From: Rhizophagus irregularis
Lineage: Eukaryota
Direction: 5' to 3'
NCBI RefSeq assembly: GCF_026210795.1
Contig: NC_089429.1
Span: 4,960,001 to 5,024,000 of the forward strand
DNA length: 64,000 bases
Under the pieces are notes generated by a model. The model was not told the origin of the DNA, searched no databases, and saw nothing but the letters and a program-made list of their open reading frames with translations. The position numbers and the translations under genes are program-made. Position 1 is the stretch's first letter, and each line of letters opens with the position of its first letter. Below, piece by piece: positions 25,520 through 35,549 of the stretch.

Positions 25520-26202
25520 ACTTGATAACGACTTACCGAAGTCCATACGAATAGTAGTAATATGCGGATAGTTTAGTGAACCTATTTGGGTGAGCAGGAT
25601 GGTAGATAGTTCTTTTGAACATAAAATCTTAAGCCCCTAATAACTATATTATAATAGTATAGTTCGATCAAGTTCTTTACTAAATGTTATATAATGTAGA
25701 TCTTTTCCTTTTTTGTGATTTTTCTTATTTCTAAATAAAGTAATTATATTTGACTTCGTTAAAAAAAAAAAAAAAAAAAAAAATACTTGAAAACGACTTC
25801 TGGGATTAAGCTACTTTACGTGGACAAATAGATATATGTTTATACGTACGCAAAAACGAAAAAAACACAAAAATTGACATAACTATGGAGCATGTGAAGA
25901 AATGAGTTTAGACGTAGAGAATCAAATAGGGTTCTGTTGATGAGTTATGAAGTGTCGTCAGATGTAGACACACGTAGTGTTGACTTAGTTTTATGACGTT
26001 ACTAGTTTGGTTTATTTTTGAATTTATTATTTTAGTATTTCTTTTTCTTCTTTCTTTTTTTGTTTCTTACTTTGTACTTAGGATAGATTACTTTACTGAC
26101 AGCATGCTATGAAATACGGTGCTTTGCGCGTGTTTGTGTAGGAGTGATCGAGTTGCGCGACGACTCCTTGCCACTGATGAAGGGAGTTAACAAAAAAAAA
26201 AA
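25520..26202 (+). mobile_element. Two adjacent 3' ends of non-LTR retrotransposons
   Basis: Poly(A) tracts at 25761-25783 and 26192-26202. TTGGGTGAGC and GACGACTCCTT are shared with the LINE fragment at 60.1-61.1 kb. The left boundary is approximate. Confidence 0.55.
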
Positions 26203-26370
26203 TTGTATTGTATATTTTCGTGTTTACGTTTATGATTTCGTAAACTTTCAGTATTTTATTTAGTGTTTGTATCCGGATAACAAATCCGTCTCCGTTAAGA
26301 ATTTTCAAATCCGGTTATCCGACAAAATTTTTTTTACAAACCCGATTTAATCCGTGATCTTTGCGGATGA

Positions 26371-26758
26371 TGTAGAAGCCAAAATTACCTAGTGAAATTA
26401 TTAATTTTGGGGCGCAGTATTATATTTAGTTTAAGTGTATAAAAATTTGAAGTGTTTTAAATGTACTGCGTCCGTAATGACGTTAACTATTTGTCTATTT
26501 AGTTTATTATTTTGGGATCGGGAACTTGATTATGAAATTACCCTTGAAATGATTCTAAAGAAGGGAATTATTATTTTAATTGGTTTTAGGATTAAATATA
26601 GAAGTTAGAAGCTTATTAAAAATTATCCTTCGAATTTATTCTCTTTCTTGAATCTTTTATTTTATTAACTATTATATTTTATTATGAAACTCAGGTATTG
26701 TAGAAATATTTTGTAGCTAGTGGTGGCAAACGTCTTTACGACGGGCACTAGTTCTACA
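26371..26758 (+). mobile_element. Solo LTR (388 bp)
   Basis: TGTAGAA...TTCTACA termini with 4-bp TSD ATGA (26367-26370 / 26759-26762). Both ends align with the reverse complement of the LTR at 3565-4219. Confidence 0.85.
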
Positions 26759-27758
26759 ATGACTAACGGAGGTTGTACCCGGATAAAATCCGTGATTCAT
26801 TCATTGTTAAATATATTAAGAAAATAAAATATATTATTAGTTATATTGAATCTAATTGTATAATTATGTAAAGTACAGTTTAAGCATCAATAACATCAAT
26901 TGATCAATAATATAATCGATAATTTAACGATCAGCAAAAGTAGTTTTCGTATAAATTACTATGCAATAAAAACTTTGACAAGATAATAACCGAATATTTG
27001 ATAGTTTAATTTATATTATTAACACTCTTTAAAGCTATTTCATGTTACGACCCTGATACATATTGATTTTATTTCTACCATTAATTTTTCATTCGAAGGC
27101 GTATGAAATAGTACTGTATTTAGACAACATAATGTTGCTAGATAATGTTTCTCTGATAAGAACTAATGTTCAATTCTAGTAAACTAGTCCCAAAAAGGAT
27201 GAGATTTATTAATCCTATAAAATCGGATATCATCTAAATCGGAAGTACTTGATAATGTTTTATATCGATAAGCAATTATTTCGGATGGAATTATTTCAAT
27301 ATTAGTAAACATTTGAGCCTTAATTTGATTAAAGTCTTCCTTTGATTAAATTCAATTTGTTCTAAGGTTAGCAATCGTTTTATAAGACTTGTTTTGTAAC
27401 TTCGTACCCGGAAATTTAGGCGCATTTCATGATTATTACAGTCCGATAATAAAAAGTATCTGTTTAAATTATCTGGAATACTATTTCATATTATTGACTA
27501 CTAGATTATACCTTCGCTCATAACAAAATTCTTATAAAATGCAGAGGATAATATCTTTTAAAACCGGTAGAATGACGTGATTATGATGGTCGTAACGTAG
27601 GTTAAATGCTTAAATTGATATATTTCCATGAAATTCGATATCGTTCTCTTTATGCATGTAGTAAATTAATAAGTTTGATGCTAAAAATCAAATTTTATTT
27701 CAATTTAATTATTATACACATGATAAAATATTTAGGTTATAATATTTGCACTAAATAT

Positions 27759-29138
27759 TTAACGAGGTTGAATTCGAAAACGTCCTGGGTGACTTAATGA
27801 TACTACTGGGGAAAGTTTTGATGGTAATTTCCATTCTGATATCTCACGATACTTCGTACCATTGACTGTAAAAGCACAAGTTCTTTTATTCATATCTAAA
27901 TGAACTGTGATTTTCGTGCCATCTGCAAATGAGGGACAATAATTTGACGACCTCTTAGCAGAATTAGCACATTCACCACTTGAACCTATCACCCATCCAG
28001 TAGCTTGATCTCCTGCAAAGATCTCGTAATTTAAATTTTCTGATGCACATACTCCAACCCAAGCATATGTACAAACTTTTTCAATAATAACATCCCATTC
28101 AAAAATGCCATCATGTTCTAATGCTATTTTAGCCCTAACACTTTGGTGACCACATCCATTTGGTGCTTGTACAATTTTTCCGCCATCCTCAATAATAAGT
28201 TTTGATCCACATGCAGACTCATCCCAAACGTACAGCATTAATGGTATTCCTCGAGTATCATTTAAGTATGAATTATTTAACTTTGCCATTTCTCGATAAA
28301 CACTTAAAATTATTTTATCTGGAATAATTCCTAATGGTTCAATAAAATCAACTAATACCTGACCTTTGATCCGTCCGAAATCAATATAATCGACCAAAGG
28401 TTTTATTTCATTAGCAACCTTTTGATGGTCTGTAATCAATTTATTTTCCACATGATAATTTTCTATTTGCTCTAAAGTTGGCAACCGTTCCATAAGAGAT
28501 TCATATGCATCATTAGAAACTTGTTTTGCTGCTAGAACTGCACTATACCGAAAAACTTCATACTCTCGGGTTACAAAGGGTATTTTTTTTTTATGCGTAA
28601 TAGATAAAAGATATTTAAGACCAGTAATAGACAATCGACCAATTTCAATATTATTTAATGGAATAATTGATATTGTTTCAACCAATAGATTAATTAAAAT
28701 GTTATCTTTTGTTAATGGCATTTTTTCCGAAACTTTAGATAACAATTCCGGTGAATAATTTTTTACTAAATTAGTACTCTTACTAACTGTTCTAATTATA
28801 AAATTCTGAAGGTCTGATAATTGAAAATAATCAGCAGCATAAAAAGCTTCAACTGTATTATCTTTTGTTAAAGATTCTTCTTTAACTGATCCTGTATAAA
28901 TATATTCTAATATGATTTCCATTCCATCGGAATTAATCTTTGGAAAAGAAATTGGATTTTCATGAGTTTCTTTCGTTCCATTATAAAGTAATCTATCAAA
29001 TTCTTCGGATCTTGCTGCTAAAATTGCTCTACAACCATATAATTTTCTATCGTCTCCACATATAATTTCTACATCGCTATACTTTGGATTATTTATTAAT
29101 AATCTTAAATCTTGTTCTAATGAATATCCTCTCGTCAT
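27759..29138 (-). CDS. BTB/POZ-BACK-SPRY protein (paralog 4, 459 aa)
   Basis: Intact ORF with the same motifs. Confidence 0.93.
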   Translation of the reverse strand: MTRGYSLEQDLRLLINNPKYSDVEIICGDDRKLYGCRAILAARSEEFDRLLYNGTKETHENPISFPKINSDGMEIILEYIYTGSVKEESLTKDNTVEAFYAADYFQLSDLQNFIIRTVSKSTNLVKNYSPELLSKVSEKMPLTKDNILINLLVETISIIPLNNIEIGRLSITGLKYLLSITHKKKIPFVTREYEVFRYSAVLAAKQVSNDAYESLMERLPTLEQIENYHVENKLITDHQKVANEIKPLVDYIDFGRIKGQVLVDFIEPLGIIPDKIILSVYREMAKLNNSYLNDTRGIPLMLYVWDESACGSKLIIEDGGKIVQAPNGCGHQSVRAKIALEHDGIFEWDVIIEKVCTYAWVGVCASENLNYEIFAGDQATGWVIGSSGECANSAKRSSNYCPSFADGTKITVHLDMNKRTCAFTVNGTKYREISEWKLPSKLSPVVSLSHPGRFRIQPR

Positions 29139-29431
29139 TTTTTTTTTAAAAAAAAAAGAAGAAATTTTAGAAATGATACACAGGAGATTTACGCCAAAAC
29201 CATAAGTTTACACCAATTAACTCATTGAGGCTATCTTGTGCCATGTAATACAATGTTATCACGTGGCATAATCTAAGAGGATAAATTGTTGTTAAAAATT
29301 TTAATTTTTAAAATGATAATAATTATAATTTATAACTTGATAAATTTTTGAAATCTTAAGAAAATTTTTTTTTTCAAAAAGATCTTGTAATGATACAGTT
29401 GGATAAATATTTTTATTATTGTATATCTTCG

Positions 29432-30154
29432 TAGGGATTGGAATCGATTCAATCGAAAATAGAAACCCGAGAATCGATTTAAGAATCGATTAATCGTTTC
29501 TAAGTAATTTTACAAAAAAATTATTTTTTAAACATTTTCGCGATGCAACGCTTTCGATGATCCCGGCGGCACAAAATTTTAGGTGAATTTTAACTAAAAT
29601 ACTAAAATAATCTTTATTGTAAAATTTGAAAATTTTTGATTAAAAAGTAAAATAATTTTATTTTTGCACTGAATAAAAACCCTGAAAATTTATTAGCTAG
29701 AGTATAAAAAGTCAAAATTTGTTATCATTATAATAAAAAATATATGTATAAATATGCAGTAGACATTTCTGGCCCGCATTATAGAATTATATTTAATTCT
29801 GGCCAAAAGATGATTACAGGCCCCTGAACTCGAAATTATCAATCAATAAAAAAAATTTTTTTTCAATTAATTAAACATTAGCCACAATTAACTTGATTGG
29901 ATAATGTTTGATTAAATTCTCAATTGTTTCATTGTCCAATATCCAATTATTATTGGTCAAAAAGCCATCACAATTGTTGAATTTTTTCAGATTTTTTTTC
30001 ATTGTGGCGTGGTTATAGAAACAGCAAGATTATGTTTGCTGCGCCAAAATATAAAAAAATTCGATTTATTGGGATTCGATTTTTAGATTTGATTAATCGA
30101 TTACGATTCAATTTTCGATTAAATCGATTTTAGTCGAATCGATTCCAATCCCTA
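29432..30154. mobile_element. Non-autonomous hAT element (723 bp)
   Basis: Perfect 19-bp TIR TAGGGATTGGAATCGATTC; exact 8-bp TSD TATCTTCG (29424-29431 / 30155-30162); AATCGATT subterminal repeats. Confidence 0.93.
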
Positions 30155-30742
30155 TATCTTCGTATTTACGTCTATTAGTATTATTAGGATATCATTTAAA
30201 TCTGAATTAATTGATAATGTTTATATCATTAGCTAACATTCTTAGTTTGATTGAAATCTTCCACTTTGATTAAATTCTCTTTGTTCTAGAGTTAGCAACC
30301 ATTTCATACCCGGAAATTATCAGATCTCTAGACGCATCTTCATAGTTATTACAGTCGGATAATAAAAAGTGTTTGTTAAACTATCTGGAATACTAATTTC
30401 AGTCTGATAATTAAAATTTCGAATTATTGACTAGATTATACTTTTGCTCTTAACGAAATTCTTATAAAATGCAAAGGATAATATTTTTTGAGACCGTTAG
30501 AATGCCGTGGTTATGATGATCGTAATGAACGTTAAATGCTTAAGTTCTTTATCAAACGTTTCATTAGAATTACATTGCCATGAAATTCGATATCATTCTC
30601 TTTATACATGTAGTAATAAATTAATAAGCTAAAAATCAAAATTTTATTTTCAACTTAATTATTATACATATGATAAATTCAATAAACATGATATAACATG
30701 ATATACATATAATAATAAATTCATCATGTTATAATATTTGCA

Positions 30743-32146
30743 CTAAATATTCTGATTTTTTTGATGAGGTTGAATTCGAAAACGTCCCAGATGACTTAAT
30801 GATACTACTGGATAAAGTTTTAATGGTAATTTCCATTCTGATACCTCACGATACTTCGTACCATTGACTGTAAAAGCACAAGTTCTTTTATTCATATCTA
30901 AATGAACCGTAACTATTGTGCCATCCATATTATGAAATGATGGACAATAATTAAACTCCTCTACATTGGTATTACAACAATTACCATTAGAACCTAATAC
31001 CCATCCTGTAGGTTGCCATCCTGCAAAGGTCTCGTAATTTAAATTTTCTGATGCACAAACTCCAACCCAAGCATATGTACAAACTTTTTCAATAATAACA
31101 TCCCATTCAAAAATGCCATCATTTTCTAATTCTATTTTAGCTCTAACATTTTGGTGACCATATTCATTTGGTGCTCGTACAATTTTTCCGCCATCTTCAA
31201 TAATAAGTTTTGATCCACATGCAGACTCATCCCAAACGTGCATCAATAATGGTATTCCTCGAGTATCATTAAAGTATGAATTATTTAACTTTGCCATTTC
31301 TCGATAAACACTTAAAATTATTTTTTCTGGAATAATTCCTAGTGGTTCAATAAAATCAACTAATACCTGACCTTTGATCCGCCTGAAATCAATATAATCA
31401 ACTAAAGGTTTAATTTCATTAGCGACTTTTTGATGGTCTATAATCAAGTTATTTTCCACATGGTATGAATTTTCTATTTGCTCTAAAGTTGGTAATCGTT
31501 CCATAAGGGATACATATGCATCATTAGAAACTTGTTTTGCTGATAGAATTGCACTATACCGAAAAACTTCATACTCTTGCGTTGCAAAAGGTACTCTTTT
31601 TTTATGTGTAATAGATAAAAGATATTTAAGACCCGGAATAGACAATCGACCAAATTCAATATTATTTAATGATATAATTGCTAATGCTTCAACCAATAAG
31701 TTAAGAAAAACGTTATCTTCTGTTAATGGCATTTTTTCTGAAACTTTTGATAGTAACTCCGGTGAATAATTTTTTGCCAAATTAGTATTCCTAACCGTTT
31801 TTGTAATAAAATTCTTAAGGTCGGACAATTGAAAATAATCAACAGCGTAAAAAGCTTCAACTATATTATCTTTTGTTAAAGATTCTTCTTTAATTGATCC
31901 TGTATATGTATATTCTAATACGATTTCCATTCCAGTGGAATTAATCTTTGGAAGAGAAATTTGTTTTTCATAAGTTTCTTTCATTCCATTATAAAGTAAT
32001 CTATCAAATACTTCGGACCTTACTGCTAAAATTGCTCTACAACCGTATAATTTCTTTTCATCTGCACATAAAATTTCTATGTCACTATACTTTGAATTAT
32101 TTATTAATAATCTTAAATCTTGTTCTAATGAATATCCTCTCGTCAT
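30743..32146 (-). CDS. BTB/POZ-BACK-SPRY protein (paralog 5, 467 aa)
   Basis: Intact ORF with the same motifs. Confidence 0.93.
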   Translation of the reverse strand: MTRGYSLEQDLRLLINNSKYSDIEILCADEKKLYGCRAILAVRSEVFDRLLYNGMKETYEKQISLPKINSTGMEIVLEYTYTGSIKEESLTKDNIVEAFYAVDYFQLSDLKNFITKTVRNTNLAKNYSPELLSKVSEKMPLTEDNVFLNLLVEALAIISLNNIEFGRLSIPGLKYLLSITHKKRVPFATQEYEVFRYSAILSAKQVSNDAYVSLMERLPTLEQIENSYHVENNLIIDHQKVANEIKPLVDYIDFRRIKGQVLVDFIEPLGIIPEKIILSVYREMAKLNNSYFNDTRGIPLLMHVWDESACGSKLIIEDGGKIVRAPNEYGHQNVRAKIELENDGIFEWDVIIEKVCTYAWVGVCASENLNYETFAGWQPTGWVLGSNGNCCNTNVEEFNYCPSFHNMDGTIVTVHLDMNKRTCAFTVNGTKYREVSEWKLPLKLYPVVSLSHLGRFRIQPHQKNQNI

Positions 32147-33998
32147 TTTTTTTTTTTTTGAACAGAAATTAGTTTTCCAAATTGGATTTAAAACCCATTA
32201 TTTATATTTAATTTAGATTTGTACAATGTAGCACCAAGCTTGTGATTGTGCAGTTGTGCAAAAAATTTTAGTTACGCCTTCGGCCGGTATCATGTGACCA
32301 GCTTATTATATACTAATCTTGGAAATCTCGTGATTTCTTATAAAATGTGACTTGCGCCCTGTTTGTGATGCCTAATAGTAATACTACCATATAGACAATA
32401 GAATTTTACAATGAAAATGCAAAAAAAAATAAAAAGTACGATTTTTATAAAATAATATGTTCATCCGGGATCAAGTTGATCTAGAAAAAATTCTTAAGGT
32501 TTGTAACCCACAACAGCAACCGCAGCAACTGCCGCAACTCTATTTTGTAATTTATAAAAAAACGACATGTACTGTAGTATTTGTACTGTACGAAAATTTG
32601 TAATATTAAATGGCATACAAATTATTTGTTATATATAAATGAAAAGTTTTCTTTATAATATATCTCCTGTAAAAACTTAATATCAAGTAACCGTTCTCAA
32701 AATGGATTTTATTGAACATCACAAGAGAAAGTTGGAGGAAGATCTTCACTTCTATTATAAAAAAAACACCAACCAATTTTTTCTTTGCAGATCGCTATAA
32801 GATACAGTAATGCTATTATTTTCTTAAATAAGAATTTGCTTGTAATTTTTCGTGATGATAGTTGAAATTTTTATATTGGATCGTAACTAGAACAATTTAA
32901 TATACTCTTATTATGAAAATCTCGATGAATGTTTTTCCCTTTATTAGTGTATGTAGTTAGTTATAAATAATTCTTAATTCTGATAAAACAATTGATTGTT
33001 GTTATGTAACTCCTAATATACTTAAAAAAAAATATTAATGGATTTGGAATTATAAGCAAAAACGCAATAATTCTGATTGGCAATTAAATTTATTCAATGG
33101 AAAATTCCAGTTTTTTATTTAAATTCTCCGTAATAGGGGGTAAGATGAAATGACAAAATTAACAAATTAATAAAATAAATAAAAAGTTTAACTAAATATA
33201 ATAAGTATTATGTATTCAGTTTAAAAACTTTTATAAAATTAAATCATAATTTTATAAAAGATTTTGACCATCATAATTTAATTCCAAAAATAACCAAAAA
33301 TTGATGTATTATAAAAGTATGATCTATTCGAAAAATTTAAGCAGTTTAACACTTTACATTGTTTTTTAATTAGTGACAGCCATGTAGTGTTTAACATTTT
33401 CAATAAATAAAATTCTATATAACGTGAAGGTCGATAAATTTAACATAATTGATGACTAAGCTTTAAAGAAGTTTTTTTAAATCTATTGTATTCAATTCCT
33501 CCTATAAGTTAAATATGAATTTAGTATTGTTATAAAGTAATTAAAAAGATAAATGCAAAACTTTTCCTTTTTCCAATCTTTTTTTTTTAAAAAACTTTTA
33601 GCACGATGACAATTTTTATAATAAATGTTTAGGATAACAGTACAATATGAACGGTTCAGTTAAATATTTTATTTTTTTGAAAATTTCATACTGAAAGAAA
33701 AATTGGTTAAATGAAACATATTTTTTTTATTGTATTTCAATAGATTTGCAAATATTAATTAAAAATTTATGTACTGTAGATTAGGGTCGGTCGCCGTAAT
33801 AGTTGCAATAAGTTGAAGGTTGTAACCGTATGTCGATAAAGTTGTAAGTTATTGCCATAATTTTTCAACTAGTTATAAGTGATGTAATGTTCGTAATGGG
33901 TATAACGTCCAGTAACATTCAAAATAAGTAGTGCAGATTTGCAAATGTATCCTTCTTATACTATCTTAACGATAGATTTTCGGTTCTTGCGGAAAAAG

Positions 33999-34470
33999 GT
34001 AAGACTATTATTTATTTATTTATTTATTTTATTTATCTTTATTTAATATGTTCTTTTCGGTTTTTTTTTTGTAGAAATAACTTTAAATATTTAAACCTTC
34101 CGAAACAGGACGTTGAAGGTAAATTCAATAGAGTGTGTTTTCTTTAGTAATTTGATTTAAGAACGTTATTAACGTACTTTTTTTATTTCTTTGTGTAGTA
34201 AAAATTAACTTTTTGGACTGTTGGACCTTTCAGAACAACGTTTGAAGGTATTCCTTAGTAGTTTTGTTTAAGGAGGTTACAACTAAATTTCTTTTTGTTT
34301 CTTTTTTGTAGGATGATCTACGACCCTTCTTAATGAGCATTTGAAGGTAAATTTGAGGAGGGTTTTTTTCTTTAATATTTTGTTATAACGTTATTAACGT
34401 TCTTTTTTGTTCCTTTTTTGTAGGAAGAACCTTTTGGACCCTTTCTTCATGTGCATTTGGAAGGTAAATC
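33999..34470 (+). repeat. Array of intron/micro-exon-like units (period ~100-130 bp)
   Basis: Acceptors TGTAG end at 34074, 34198, 34311 and 34423; donors AAG|GTA start at 33999, 34119, 34248, 34347 and 34464. Confidence 0.65.
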
Positions 34471-34993
34471 TGAAGAGGAGGCCATTTTTTTCTTTAAAAA
34501 ACAAAGAAATAATTTGGTGTGGTTTTTATTTTTATTTTTATTTTTAATTCACAAAATGAATCCGGTTACAGTAAAGAATACAAACTTTACATATGTAAAG
34601 CCGAAAATAGTCTATGTAAAACTGATAACCAACACCCGATTGGCCTTTCGGAACAAGGGGTGGCCACCTAAATAGGAGGAATGGAAGAGAGCTGAACTAG
34701 CCGTTCTTAATTTGGTGCGGTGATTATAATTTATATACACATATCTTTAGTTTTGTACATCACGTGATAATGTAATTAAATTGTCCAATGATCTTTCTGT
34801 ATTCTAATAACAAATGACCAAATGACAAAGAATGCAAAAATGATACCCAATCATTTAGCATTTGGTTATTTACGGAATGAAATCATTTAACCCTAATTCG
34901 AAAAATGGTCAAATGATCAAGTCATTTAAGTCATTTCCGATGATCGACTTCTACCGATTTCCAAAATTTTGCTGGGTCATACACTACCACACT

Positions 34994-35443
34994 GTTATAG
35001 TAATAATGGACCATTTATTTATTGATACGGGAATTTCCTATCATTAAAAACTTCGGGAAAATGTGCCCCGAAAAAATTTTAACCTTTATTGGTTAAAATA
35101 TACTTTTTTAAAATAAAGCACTACCTATATATTTTTATCGTAATTTTTGTATTTAATCTTACACCTATTATGGTAATAATGGACCATTTATTTATTGATA
35201 CGGAATTTCCTATCATTAGAAACTTCACTAATGCATCGGAAAAATGTGACCCGAAAATATTTTAGCCTTTATTGGTTAGAATATTCCTTTTAAAGTATAC
35301 TTAATACATTAACATTTTTTTTTTCATTTATTATGGTAATTTATTTATTGATACGAGAATTTCCTATCATTAGTAACTTCACCTAATGCAGATCAATGCA
35401 ACGGAAAAATGTGACCGAAAAAATTTCAGGTTAGAATATTCCC
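34994..35443. repeat. Three ~165-bp tandem copies upstream of the Sel1 kinase
   Basis: TTTATTTATTGATACG..AATTTCCTATCATTA...AAAATGTG.CCGAAAA...GGTTARAATA recurs in units starting near 34994, 35167 and 35329. Confidence 0.85.
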
Positions 35444-35549
35444 TTTTAATGTTACAAAAAAAAAAAATATTACTTATAAAAAGTTCGCCTAAAAAAAAAA
35501 TTAATAAAAAATTTTTTTTTTTCAATAAAATAAATTTCTAAAATAACCA

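Larger units (their letters stand above)
27220..32150 (-). repeat. Tandem segmental duplication of paralogs 4 and 5 with their downstream flanks
   Basis: The 3' flanks align (27340-27760 vs 30265-30750), and each includes a decayed BTB-SPRY fragment (~27220-27380; ~30185-30300). Confidence 0.8.

Noticed and set aside
26174..26240. CTGATGA hammerhead core candidate
   Set aside because: No downstream GAAA with stems II/III; the motif sits in the loop of a LINE 3' hairpin.
35029..35038. GGGAATTTCC kappaB-like site
   Set aside because: Fungi lack canonical NF-kB and the motif is altered in the other two repeat copies.
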